Shown: positions 52,908 through 62,297 of the stretch, one piece after another
Layout of the letters: the number at the start of each line of letters is the position of its first letter
Position numbering within the stretch: the first letter of the stretch is position 1
Source: an uncultured Gemmatimonadales bacterium
GTDB taxonomy: Bacteria; Gemmatimonadota; Gemmatimonadetes; Gemmatimonadales; Gemmatimonadaceae
NCBI GenBank assembly: GCA_963793305.1
Contig: CAWBZV010000005.1
Coordinates: forward strand, 736,001-800,000
Direction of reading: 5' to 3'
Length of the DNA: 64,000 nucleotides
The notes under the pieces: model-generated
Databases searched by the model: none
The model's input: only the letters and a program-made list of their open reading frames with translations
What the model was told of the DNA's origin: nothing
Program-made: the position numbers and the translations under genes

Positions 52908-53352
52908 TCAGCATCTGCTCGAGCACGGGTTGCGCTACCGCTCCCGTCTGCCGCGCCACTTCGCGCCCGTGCTCGAACACGATCACCGTCGGAATACCCC
53001 GGATCTCGAACCGCTGCGCCGTCTCGGGCGCCAGATCCGTATTGAGCTTGCCGACTAACGCCTGTCCTTGGTACTTCGCCGCGACCGCATCAACACCAGG
53101 CGCCATCATCTTGCACGGCCCACACCAGTCAGCGTAGAAGTCGACCAGGACCGGAATCTCACTGGCTTCGATCGTCCGCTGAAACGTCTCATCAGACAGC
53201 GCCACGGGCCGATCCAGCAATAGCGGCTTCCCACATTTCCCGCACTTGGGCCGATCCTGCGCCCGCGCGGCGTCCACCCGATTCCAGCTCTGACAGAACT
53301 GGCATTGCAGGGTGACTTTCTTGGCGGTATCGGCCGGTGTCGTCGTGGTCAT
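52879..53352 (-). CDS. trxC: Thioredoxin 2 with N-terminal Zn finger
   Basis: CQFC...CGKC plus DFYADWCGPC. Confidence 0.9.
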   Translation of the reverse strand: MTTTTPADTAKKVTLQCQFCQSWNRVDAARAQDRPKCGKCGKPLLLDRPVALSDETFQRTIEASEIPVLVDFYADWCGPCKMMAPGVDAVAAKYQGQALVGKLNTDLAPETAQRFEIRGIPTVIVFEHGREVARQTGAVAQPVLEQMLTTRGPATAP

Positions 53353-53391
53353 ACGTTCTCCTCTCCACGTATATTACCCGACGCGCACGAC

Positions 53392-53464
53392 GGGGCGGTA
53401 GCTCAGCTGGGAGAGCGCCTGGTTTGCAACCAGGAGGTCAGGGGTTCGATCCCCCTCCGCTCCA
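53392..53464 (+). tRNA. tRNA-Ala(TGC), CCA not encoded
   Basis: Acceptor GGGGCGG/CCGCTCC with G3:U70, D arm GCTC...GAGC, anticodon stem CCTGG-TTTGCAA-CCAGG, T loop GTTCGATCC. Confidence 0.96.
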
Positions 53465-53481
53465 TATAGTTAGCTTTTCGG

Positions 53482-53503
53482 GGGCCCGTTTGTGGGCCCG
53501 TTT
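53482..53503. repeat. Direct repeat GGGCCCGTTT x2 (putative integrase arm sites or tRNA terminator)
   Basis: Copies at 53482-53491 and 53494-53503, between the tRNA end and the integrase stop. Confidence 0.5.
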
Positions 53504-53515
53504 CTCTTTAAAGAC

Positions 53516-54751
53516 TTACGCGCGATCGATCACCGCAACGTCGCGCACTTTCCTCGCCTCGCTCATCACGGCGAGCAGCATGTCGTTCGTCGGCTGCTGG
53601 TAGCACGTCGCCAGCGTCACCGTGCTGAGCCACCCACCGGCCTCCGCGACGTCGGCCAGCGCAAGATGCTTCCGTTCCGTCGCCCACTTCCGGCGGTACG
53701 GGTGCCATAACCCACCGTCCAACTTAGGTAATCCCGCTCGACGTTCTGCCTTCACAAGCAGCTTGGTGAACGAGTCGCGGTCCATCGGCACATCGGGATC
53801 GCTATCAGACGCGAACATCAAGCCGCCAACAGCTCCCAGCTCCCGCTGAAAGGTCCGCAACTCAACGAGCAGCGCTTTAGTTACCGGCGTCCTCCAGTCC
53901 TTTCGCTTCTTGTCGAATGAGGCCGCCCACTGAATCGCCTCGTGCCCCCAAATGATGCTCTCCCAGCGCAGGTGCCGAATCGAACGCAGCCTCCGCCCCG
54001 TGCCTTCGGCGATCACCAACGCCAGTTCAACCTTGATCCACCTCGATCGCTGCTCCGGCGTTTCGGCTTCGGCCACGAGCTCTCGAATGGCAGCCCGTGT
54101 TGCGATGAACCGGTCCCATGTCGATATCGGCCGCCGCGGCCGTCGATCGCGCGGCGTGCGTAGGCCAGCAATTGGATTCGCGTCCAACAGCCGGACCCCG
54201 TTGACTCGCGTCGTTCGTGCCCAGTTCAACATTCCGTTTAGTACTGCAAGATCACCCACGACCGATCGCATCCGCACCGGCTTCGTCGTCCAGTTCTCGT
54301 TGATCCGGATGCCGCCGGCGCGTCGAGTATTGCGGAACGCCACGACATCATCCACGGTCAAGTCTCGCACGTCGCATCGTGCGCCAAAGTGTGCGATCAG
54401 GACCGTGGCGCGGCTCGTCGTATCGGCTTGAATCCGCGAACTACACGCGAGGTACGTGGCGCACGTAGTCCGGTACCTTTCCCACAAATCGCCTAACGTG
54501 AGTCGCCGGGTCGCAACCTCTGTGCCGCCCACTGGACGGCGCAGTTCTGCCAACAGCTCTTTTCCCAATCGCTCGGCGCGCATGCGGTCGGCCGTATCCA
54601 AGGAACGGCGGTTCTTCCCCTGGCCGGTGACCCACGTCGAGCGATAGAACACGCCACCCCTTCGTTTTTGAAACAGCCTAACGCGACAGCCGCGCTCACC
54701 GAGCGTTCGCGTCCATTTCCCTTTGACCTTGTACCAGCCGCTACGTGCCAT
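53516..54751 (-). CDS. Tyrosine recombinase/integrase
   Basis: GGAGG RBS before ATG 54751. Catalytic R (TGRRLRSI), HxxR (WHPYRR), W (AGGW) and Y (ATCYQQ). Confidence 0.9.
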   Translation of the reverse strand: MARSGWYKVKGKWTRTLGERGCRVRLFQKRRGGVFYRSTWVTGQGKNRRSLDTADRMRAERLGKELLAELRRPVGGTEVATRRLTLGDLWERYRTTCATYLACSSRIQADTTSRATVLIAHFGARCDVRDLTVDDVVAFRNTRRAGGIRINENWTTKPVRMRSVVGDLAVLNGMLNWARTTRVNGVRLLDANPIAGLRTPRDRRPRRPISTWDRFIATRAAIRELVAEAETPEQRSRWIKVELALVIAEGTGRRLRSIRHLRWESIIWGHEAIQWAASFDKKRKDWRTPVTKALLVELRTFQRELGAVGGLMFASDSDPDVPMDRDSFTKLLVKAERRAGLPKLDGGLWHPYRRKWATERKHLALADVAEAGGWLSTVTLATCYQQPTNDMLLAVMSEARKVRDVAVIDRA

Positions 54752-55133
54752 GCACGCCTCCACGATGGAGACGGCGCTCGCGGAGCGACCGGGCATCGGC
54801 AGTGGGATCATACCCGGTGTCATCCGCGTCAGCAACATCGCTATGCTTCGCCACACGCTTCGGTAGATCACCACGCCGTACGCGCGGCGCGTACTTGCGG
54901 CCGACGTTGGCCAGCTTGCCCTCGCGTACCAGGCGCGCTAGGTGGTCGACACTATACCCAGATTCCTCTGATCCTTGCCGGAGCGTGAGGCGCCTTCCGT
55001 CGTCGGCCTGTAGCACAGCTTCGAGCTCCGCGGCCAACACCTCAATGGTGGCAGCGGCCTGCTCGACCCCGTGTCGGCGGAACAGTTCGGCCCGAGCGCG
55101 CCACTCGGCGACCAGGTTTCGTACGTCGCTCAT
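54741..55133 (-). CDS. Excisionase-like HTH protein
   Basis: LTLRQGSEESGYSVDHLARLVREGKL (MerR/Xis-like wHTH), directly upstream of and overlapping the integrase. Confidence 0.7.
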   Translation of the reverse strand: MSDVRNLVAEWRARAELFRRHGVEQAAATIEVLAAELEAVLQADDGRRLTLRQGSEESGYSVDHLARLVREGKLANVGRKYAPRVRRGDLPKRVAKHSDVADADDTGYDPTADARSLRERRLHRGGVHGT

Positions 55134-56170
55134 TCCGGCCGTCTCGGTGGCACGAGGTACTTGCTGTACAAATAGGCCGGAGAAAACGGGCCAATCTCCG
55201 AGTACGTCTGCCAGTTTTTGGGCACGTACACGGCGGCGCCGTTGGCCCGGCCATGCAACCCGAGATCTCGCTCGACCTCAGAGTTCACGCGATCGACTGC
55301 CACGAGCCAGGAAGTCGCATCAAAGTCGGCTACCAATTCATCATCGCGGTGCACCCGCCACCGCACTCTGTGATCCGGTCCGTCGATGAACGCGTCGATT
55401 CGGAACACCGATCGCCAGTGCTCTTCGCCACGTGGATGGATGTCCACCACCTTAAAGAGTGGACCGGTGACGCCAATGATCTGCTCGCAGTGCGCCCGGT
55501 ATGCTGCTTTGTGGTCGCCGCAGCGCCATGCAAAGTGGGACGGAAGGGTGCGCTCTACGCGTAGCTCTTGGTCGGCAGACCAGGGCGTCGCGCCCGAGTA
55601 GAAAGCCTCGAACGCTTCAATTTCCAACACCGGGATACCGAGGGCTGCGTAGTCGCGCGATTTGAACAGGTCGACTTGGTGCGTCGCGTGACATTCAAAA
55701 AACAGCATGTCGGTCTTGCCGCAGCCGACGCCTGCATCCGGGTTCCGGTATCCCCGCGTCTTATTGCGCCCGAGGCGTTTCGCCCCGAATACCACCGTCC
55801 ATCCCCAAGCAGCCGTGATCAGCTGCCGCCGGTCGCACGCCTCCACACGGCCGTCGGGACCTGGCGCGCCCGCGCATCGCACATCGATGATGAGCTTGTG
55901 GCAGCCCTTCATGGCTTCCGTCAACACCTTGATCAAATGCGCCTTCGCATTGGCATGTCGCGCAGTCTCGCCGTTCGAACTCGCGCATCGCACGTCCGAT
56001 TTGTGCGCGGCGTGAGGGACTAGCACGAGGCCCGCCTTGAGGGAGACTGCCCGGTCGCAGACGACGCACGTCGCCCGCGGTCGCTCGCCCACCGGAACGT
56101 GGATGTAGGCCGCAACGGGTTCCGGACGGCCGTCGATATTCGCGAACTGCATCGGTGCGGACTTCCTCAT
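55130..56170 (-). CDS. CoiA-like Zn-finger + PD-(D/E)XK nuclease-fold protein
   Basis: CVVC..VSLKAG...PHAAH..C..GETARHANAK N-terminus; RNPD...FECHATH core. Confidence 0.65.
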   Translation of the reverse strand: MRKSAPMQFANIDGRPEPVAAYIHVPVGERPRATCVVCDRAVSLKAGLVLVPHAAHKSDVRCASSNGETARHANAKAHLIKVLTEAMKGCHKLIIDVRCAGAPGPDGRVEACDRRQLITAAWGWTVVFGAKRLGRNKTRGYRNPDAGVGCGKTDMLFFECHATHQVDLFKSRDYAALGIPVLEIEAFEAFYSGATPWSADQELRVERTLPSHFAWRCGDHKAAYRAHCEQIIGVTGPLFKVVDIHPRGEEHWRSVFRIDAFIDGPDHRVRWRVHRDDELVADFDATSWLVAVDRVNSEVERDLGLHGRANGAAVYVPKNWQTYSEIGPFSPAYLYSKYLVPPRRPE

Positions 56171-56325
56171 CGGATGTGCTCCGGTATCGCGGCGGCATCA
56201 CGTGCCGCGAACGAGACCGTACTCGCACCTCCGGGCCGGGCCCTACGAGAAAACCGCCTTCTCAAATCTTTTAACGGAATCGTAATGTTGGATTCAGCCC
56301 TGCGGATGGCGTACGGTGTGGGTCT

Positions 56326-58183
56326 ATGTCGACTCAAGACCTGCTACACGACGCAAAGTGTCCGGGGCCCGGACACCCAAATTGTCCGGAACCGGGACGT
56401 CTTCCGCGCCGGCTCAAAACCGCTGACCTGCTAGTCCTCATCGGCCGATGCGGCGCGCTCGCTCCGGAGCAGCTCGCGGCGCTCGTGGCTCAATGCCTCC
56501 CGTCCGAACTGACAGCAGACAATGTGCTCCGGATCGACGCCGCCGTCAAGAAACTGGAGCGCGGTGGGCTTGCGGCCGTTCTGCGCGCGCGCACGACGCT
56601 CCATGTACTCCGCACGGCAATGCGCAGATTGTATCGAGCGACCGCCGCCCCTCCGATCAATCCTCCGAGCCCGGACGATTTGAAGGAAGCACGGCGCATC
56701 TTCGCGGCTTTGGCCGTGCCGCGGCGCTGGACCGAGGAGTCACAAATCCACGCCAGGGCGTTCTCTGGAACCGCGGACCGCTACTACGTTCGCCACAGGC
56801 TGAAGCGTCTCGCTCGGGCTGGCCTGCTAGAAGTTCGCTCGCTGAGGGATCCTCATTTCGTGCCAGTCGTGGCGCTCGCGCCGCCGGGCCGTTGGTGCGC
56901 GGTGCGCGAGGCAGCGCGGCGCGGACACACGCTGTCGACGCTGTCCGATGGTCCGCGCGAGGACGAGCTCGTACACCACCTCCTACTCATAGAGGCCGTC
57001 CTCCGCGTGCTGCGGCAGACTGGTGGCGAACTCGTTTCGGTGAGTGGAGACACAGCGCTTCGACGCCGGTCGCGGCGTGGTCGGCGGACGCGACGTGGCG
57101 ACCTGTTGGATCCCGTGCCAGACGCGGAATTAACGATTTCCGTCGATAGTCCCAACGCAGTCAGCCTCCACCATCAAACGATCGAGGTGCTGGTCAGCAA
57201 GTATTCAGACCGCGAGCTCAAAGCCAAGTATCGCGCGAACTGGGCACCGAGCACACTGTTCGTCGCCCCCACCGCGGCGCTGTGCGATCGGGTTGAGCAG
57301 CTCGTCGGCCGTCGACCGGAGCTGCTCGATCTGACGCCCGTCCCGACCGAACCACCGGCACTGCCTAACCCTCCTCCTGCGCCAATTGCGAAATCCGAAC
57401 CGCGGCCTGTGCAGCGGCAGCGACGGTACCATGCGCGATCCCGCATGGGACGATGCGATGCAGCCATCGTACGGCAGGTTGCGAGCTATCGCGTGCTACT
57501 GGTTCGGCAGATCGTCGATCATCTACGCGCCCCAAACCAACGCATTGCACGAAGCGCACGATACCGAACGGTCAGTCGGTTGATTCGTCGTGGTTTTCTC
57601 GCGAAAGGTCAATTGAGCGGCAGCACGGGTCACGGCGTGCTCCACTTCGTGACTGTCACCGAAATCGGCCGCGATTTGTTGAACCCTTCGGCTGCCGGCA
57701 CGGCCGCGCTGGCAACGCCACGAGTACTCGCTTCCGCCATCCTGCGCGATCGTTGGCTGCAATTCGCCGAGGTCGTGCTGACTCGCATCACGGGGGGATG
57801 GCACTTCGTACCGCGCGAGAAAGTCGGCGAGCTGTTTCATGAAGAGGCATTGAGAAGGGCAAAGCCCTGGGAGCGTCGCGACATACTGTGGATGGCCCGT
57901 ACGCCGGACATTGGACTACCAGGGCTCCACAACTCCGCGACCCAATGAAGTTCGCTTGTTGCTCTCGATCGATCACACCCGACGGTATGTTCGTCACCTG
58001 GCCGAGTTGTCGAAGCTCGCCCTATACAGAATGTTGGACCTCGAGCTGATCTGCACGTCGCCGGCATTGGAACCCACCGCCCGTCGCCGAATCGAGCAAT
58101 GGGCAGAGCGTTCCAGAATCAAGGTTGAGATCCATTGCGCATCCCATTGCACGATCCCTCGGACGCGTAGAATGGCGAAATAG
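56326..58183 (+). CDS. Replication-relaxation (Replic_Relax)-like protein with a duplicated wHTH module; probable +1 indel at about 57942
   Basis: RHRLKRLARAGLL, HHLLLIEA, PVPDA, IEV...KAKY; second module IVRQVASYRVLLVRQI...SRLIRRGFL...TEIGR. ORF 57911..58183 continues it after one base is removed. Confidence 0.55.
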
Positions 58184-58444
58184 GTGCGGACAGGTTCTCG
58201 ATGCGACCTGTCCGCCATTTCACTCAGAGATTTCGCCTTTACAGGTGACACGTAGTCGACCTTTCCCATTTGCCTGTCGACACTTACGCAAATCGCGTAT
58301 CCGCGCACCCATACCAGAAATTCTGCCAGCGACGTACTTCGCTCCCCGAGCAAATGGGCGGGTGGGAGCCGGATTCTTTCTGGCCGCAGCGGGCGGAGAG
58401 GTAGTGAATCGTGTCCTTCCCTATCGCCTACGCGGAGTCTCCCC

Positions 58445-58816
58445 ATGCGTCCTCCAGCGCCTCGTTCGGTCAGCACCGGGCAGGTAATCAACCCGATCCA
58501 CCAGCAGGGAGAACGTGTCGTCGAACGATTCTACGACCAGGCAGGCCGACTGCGGTGTGAACGCATTCGCGAGTCCCTCGCGCAGGACTGGACAGCTGTT
58601 GAAGAGGAACCCGACTACGCGGAGACGGCTCCGGCGGGCTGCCTCACTGCAACAGCAAACGCCGTGATCTGTGCGGCGCTGTTCATTGGCCTGGCCGCAA
58701 TCGGAGCTGTCGTGGGACGTTGGATGGGTGGCCCCGTAGGCGCCGCCATCGGCTTGGTTAGTGTTGTAATCGCCGGGTTATGGTGGGTACAACGTGACTC
58801 GGCCGAGGCCTCATGA
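58445..58816 (+). CDS. Hypothetical small membrane protein
   Basis: Two hydrophobic C-terminal helices; start uncertain; overlaps the opposite-strand ORF. Confidence 0.35.
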   Translation: MRPPAPRSVSTGQVINPIHQQGERVVERFYDQAGRLRCERIRESLAQDWTAVEEEPDYAETAPAGCLTATANAVICAALFIGLAAIGAVVGRWMGGPVGAAIGLVSVVIAGLWWVQRDSAEAS

Positions 58817-59262
58817 CGGACGCACGAGTCGGAGGTGCCGCCCGGTCGGGCTTCGGCCGCCTCCCTCGCGCCTTCGTCGCCTGTCCATCGAACCGCGGCA
58901 TACAGCCGTGGCATTGCGAACCGCAACACCTCGATGTCAGCGTCTCCGTCTGACGGCAGATCGGCCGGTCCACGCGTCCACTCCGCGCCTGAGGCGATCT
59001 CGCGAGCGCGTTCGCTCTCACCCGTGAAGAAACTCTGCGGCAGGTCCTCGTCGAAGAAGATTCGACGCTCCGGTTGGGGCTCTTGCGCCGTTTCCTGCCG
59101 AGGTGAAGATGTCCGTTCGCTGATCATGCTTCCGGCCCAGGCGACGAAGATGGCGCCCGAAAGCGCGAACGCTGGACTGACTTGCGTGGCCGATCCTAAA
59201 GCGGCAGCCGCCAGCGCGACTGCGGCCACGTACATGAGTTGCACTACTCGATCAGGCTTCAC
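58615..59262 (-). CDS. Hypothetical membrane protein
   Basis: GTG at 59262 overlaps the upstream TGA (GTGA); two N-terminal hydrophobic helices; 3' end uncertain. Confidence 0.45.
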   Translation of the reverse strand: MKPDRVVQLMYVAAVALAAAALGSATQVSPAFALSGAIFVAWAGSMISERTSSPRQETAQEPQPERRIFFDEDLPQSFFTGESERAREIASGAEWTRGPADLPSDGDADIEVLRFAMPRLYAAVRWTGDEGAREAAEARPGGTSDSCVRHEASAESRCTHHNPAITTLTKPMAAPTGPPIQRPTTAPIAARPMNSAAQITAFAVAVRQPAGAVSA

Positions 59263-60095
59263 GTTTGCCCGTCCATACGGGGGATTTCGATGCGTGGGTA
59301 TTCCTGGCCGTTGCGGCTGTCCGCCAAGTGATGAAATTCCGCAAACAGACCGACTCGACGACATGTTGTCGTAGCAGGTGGGAAGTCCAGGGGGTCATCG
59401 CTGGGCACGACCTTGAGCAGCAGGTCGGGGCTTGCGAACCCCGGATGCTCGTCAAGCGACACTGCGACTAGCACCGCGGGCACGTCGCCTCGCAGCATGC
59501 CGATGAGAGCGGCCCGGTCGAGCATGATATCCTTATCCTGCAGTCCTGCCGGCAGCCAGGGAATAACCGTTCGCACGAACGCGCGCTCGAGCCGGCGTGC
59601 CTCGTCCTGATCTCCGGAGGCGCGAGCTTCGCCCGTCAGCCGCCCCGCCAACGCGGCCGCTCTCGACCACTTCTCGCGATTGAGCCGACGTTGGACCTGT
59701 GCCGGTGACATCGTCTCCGGATCAGTAGCACCCTCCGCCGCGATCTCAGCATCAAACGCTTGCCGCCCACCCGTGCCGTACAGCCAGAGCTCGTCCATCC
59801 AATGGCACAACCGCTCTGTCGCCGTCGCCATCTCGGCGAGGTACGAGGGGAACCTCGCGACATTGAGGCGCCGTGTGCGCCACTGGCTGACGAGCCGTTT
59901 CACGTCGCGATAGCGCCTCATAAGCTCACGCCAGTCGTCCTCGGCGAACGGCAACTCTCTCGCACGCGATGTCACGCGGCGCTCCAGCCCAGAAGCGTTC
60001 GGCGCATTTGCCGCTGACAGCACTTGTGCAGTATCGCTATGCCGCCGTCGGTGGGCCGGACCGGGATCGCCGGCGGCCGTAGATTGGCCCGACAC
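59259..60095 (-). CDS. Hypothetical helical protein
   Basis: 278-aa ORF in the same-strand run of island genes, coupled to the next ORF; no recognisable motif. Confidence 0.5.
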   Translation of the reverse strand: MSGQSTAAGDPGPAHRRRHSDTAQVLSAANAPNASGLERRVTSRARELPFAEDDWRELMRRYRDVKRLVSQWRTRRLNVARFPSYLAEMATATERLCHWMDELWLYGTGGRQAFDAEIAAEGATDPETMSPAQVQRRLNREKWSRAAALAGRLTGEARASGDQDEARRLERAFVRTVIPWLPAGLQDKDIMLDRAALIGMLRGDVPAVLVAVSLDEHPGFASPDLLLKVVPSDDPLDFPPATTTCRRVGLFAEFHHLADSRNGQEYPRIEIPRMDGQT

Positions 60096-60478
60096 GTAAT
60101 TGGCGGTCGACCAGTGAAGCGGTTTACGCGTTGCGTCTCACGCTCCCGCCGGATGCGATTCAACTCTTCGCGGCTGATCTCGCGTGGCCGAATCATGTCG
60201 AGGCGTTGGAGTCTTTCGCCGAACTCTTCCCAGCTCACGCCATAGGCAGCGAGATACGTTCGCAGTCTCGATACAGAGATCGGCCACGTGCCTCGCTCGT
60301 GCTTGATCAAGTTGCAAGGGTAGAAGCCGCCAAGAATTCCCGCTTGGATGAGACTCAACTGTCGGTCGGTGCGCAGCTCTTCCAAGACCCTGCCAACGAG
60401 CTTGGCCAATCGGCGATCGAAGCCAGGGTACACGCGCTGGTTGCGCGGGACTGCAACGCGGACGTTTGCTGCCCGCAT
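59972..60478 (-). CDS. XRE-family HTH protein
   Basis: VGRVLEELRTDRQLSLIQAG...LIKHERGTWPISVSRLRTYLAAYGVS. Confidence 0.65.
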   Translation of the reverse strand: MRAANVRVAVPRNQRVYPGFDRRLAKLVGRVLEELRTDRQLSLIQAGILGGFYPCNLIKHERGTWPISVSRLRTYLAAYGVSWEEFGERLQRLDMIRPREISREELNRIRRERETQRVNRFTGRPPITCRANLRPPAIPVRPTDGGIAILHKCCQRQMRRTLLGWSAA

Positions 60479-60482
60479 CCGA

Positions 60483-61025
60483 TCAGCCCTCGCCCGCCGA
60501 CTCGCAGTCGTTGAACGCGCCCGCATAGCGCCCAACGTCGAACGTCAGGACAGCGAAGCCAGGCGCGATCTCGGCGAGCCGCTCCACGTACGCGATGGTC
60601 GTCCGCATCCACCGCCCCGTGGTCCGACCAGTTGCGACCTCGCGCAGGTGGATGCGATCTCCGGGACGGAACTGTTCCGCGTCGCGCACAATGTGCCAGG
60701 GTCGGTAGCCCTCCACGAGCATCTGGTAGGCATCGGGCTCGACATCCTGGACATGGAATGCGCGAAACTCCGCAGGCTGACAGCGCCGGCCGAGGTCCGA
60801 TTCGTCGAGATCCAGCGCGTCGGCCAGCTGCAAGATCGTTGTGTACGAGACGTCCACCCGGCCATCCTCCAGCGCGGCAAGCTCACTTTCCGCCAGGCCG
60901 GCCCGCGGGGCGATCTCCGATAGCGCCCGCCCCCGCGCCACGCGGTAGTGGCGGACCAGCTTGCCGAAGGCTGCCAAGGCCACGAGACGCTGAGGATCGG
61001 CGACGAGGGTCACTGAGAAGTCCAT
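60483..61025 (-). CDS. XRE-HTH fused to an ASCH/DUF3850 (PUA-like) domain
   Basis: FGKLVRHYRVARGRALSEIAPRAGL...LEDG...TILQLADAL, then HVQDVEPDAYQMLVEGYRPWHIVR...FRPGDRIHLRE...TGR...IAYV...GFAVL. Confidence 0.7.
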   Translation of the reverse strand: MDFSVTLVADPQRLVALAAFGKLVRHYRVARGRALSEIAPRAGLAESELAALEDGRVDVSYTTILQLADALDLDESDLGRRCQPAEFRAFHVQDVEPDAYQMLVEGYRPWHIVRDAEQFRPGDRIHLREVATGRTTGRWMRTTIAYVERLAEIAPGFAVLTFDVGRYAGAFNDCESAGEG

Positions 61026-61085
61026 TTGCTTAGGAGTACCACACGACAAGTCGAAGCGTTAAGCGAGGGTCGTGGTCGATCATAC

Positions 61086-61946
61086 CTATCGACCGACTCG
61101 AAAAGGGTCGAATGAACTGACCGCCTCCCGATACGGCTGGATGAACCGGGTGCGGAAGTCCATCAGGGCTGACTCGAGCCCGTATTGTCGTCGCCACTGT
61201 ACCGGTGTAAGGCCAGTCAGTCGGCAAAACGTGCGGGCCAGCGCCTGCGCTGACGATGCATTGACCGCGTTGGCGATCGCGGTCACGCTCCAGGTCGTCG
61301 ACTCACACAGATACGCGAACCGGACCACGAATCCCACCTCGACGTACTTCCTCGGCGAGGGGATCCCGATCCGCGCGAACCGGGCCACGAGCGCACCGGG
61401 CCGGACGCCGTTCCGTTGGCAGATGTCACGGACCATAGTCACATCACCGCGAAACACGGTTTCGATAAACCGGAGCCAGCCCTTGGTCGCAGTCTCGCCC
61501 AGCGTGTCTCGCACGACCGCCAAGCCTTGCAAGACCACCGGTGTCGGCAACCGATCCAGAGCGGCACTCAACTGCGCCCAGCCGCTCGTCCCTGCGCGAA
61601 GGTCCACGACAGGCTCGGCTCCCAGGCGTCCGAGAGCGGCCACTCGCGGCACGACCCCGTCCAACGTTTCTTGGGTAACGAGACCGACCATTGGGAGGTG
61701 TGGGAAAGCGGATCGAAGTCGCGTGAGTAGAGGGGCCGATCGCTCGTCGAGGCGCGCCGACGAAGCGAGTATCCCATGCGCTTGGCCAGTGGCGAACGCC
61801 CGGTGGACCGCAGATAGGTCATCCACAGCGATCGTCTTCACCCGTCCCGCAAGCGACGCCTGGAGACTTGCCCGTTCTCTGGGCGTAGCCCAGATCGCCA
61901 GGGTCGCTTGATCCGTCGGCACCACGAGTGTCCTGGGCGCGCGCAC
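61086..61946 (-). CDS. AraC-family HTH regulator with a degenerate receiver-like N-terminus
   Basis: SPRKY...WSVTAIANAVNASSAQALARTFCRLTGLTPVQWR. Confidence 0.75.
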   Translation of the reverse strand: MRAPRTLVVPTDQATLAIWATPRERASLQASLAGRVKTIAVDDLSAVHRAFATGQAHGILASSARLDERSAPLLTRLRSAFPHLPMVGLVTQETLDGVVPRVAALGRLGAEPVVDLRAGTSGWAQLSAALDRLPTPVVLQGLAVVRDTLGETATKGWLRFIETVFRGDVTMVRDICQRNGVRPGALVARFARIGIPSPRKYVEVGFVVRFAYLCESTTWSVTAIANAVNASSAQALARTFCRLTGLTPVQWRRQYGLESALMDFRTRFIQPYREAVSSFDPFRVGR

Positions 61947-61956
61947 GGTTTTAAAC

Positions 61957-62014
61957 TAATACCGACAGCGGTAATGTCAATAGCGGTAATACCGGTAGCG
62001 GTATTGTCGGCGGT
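61957..62014. promoter_or_regulatory. 15-bp tandem repeat array containing two palindromic operator-like sites
   Basis: TAATACCGACAGCGG/TAATGTCAATAGCGG/TAATACCGGTAGCGG/TATTGTCGGCGG; TACCG-N4-CGGTA at 61960-61973 and 61990-62003, between divergent regulators. Confidence 0.7.
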
Positions 62015-62037
62015 GAACATGTGCCGTACTCTGGCAT

Positions 62038-62277
62038 ATGCGCGTCCGGATTTCAGAGCTGATGCGAGCTCGTGGCATCGCTACGGCCTACATGCTGGCG
62101 AAGCAATCCAACGGCGCCATCACGAACAACGTCGCCTACCGACTCGTTCAGACTGACGGCCGGTTCGAGCGCTTCACCGCCGCCCTACTCGACGCGCTAT
62201 GCGACGTTTTCGACGTTGGGCCAGGCGAGTTACTGGAGTACGAGGGTAAGGCGCGGAGGCGCAGGGCAGGGAACTAG
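62038..62277 (+). CDS. Small Cro/CI-type HTH regulator
   Basis: 79 aa: RISELMRARGIATAYMLAK...LDALCDVFDVGPGELLEY. Confidence 0.85.
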   Translation: MRVRISELMRARGIATAYMLAKQSNGAITNNVAYRLVQTDGRFERFTAALLDALCDVFDVGPGELLEYEGKARRRRAGN

Positions 62278-62297
62278 GGGCGCCTGCCGGTGCTGCA

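Noticed and set aside
53337..53603. 88-aa ORF
   Set aside because: It overlaps tRNA-Ala and the integrase 3' end, so it is spurious.
54752..54874. N-terminal extension of the integrase in the ORF track
   Set aside because: It lies inside the xis-like gene, and the GGAGG RBS supports ATG 54751.
61957..62014. Mini CRISPR array
   Set aside because: The 15-bp period has no unique spacers and there are no cas genes. It fits operator repeats.
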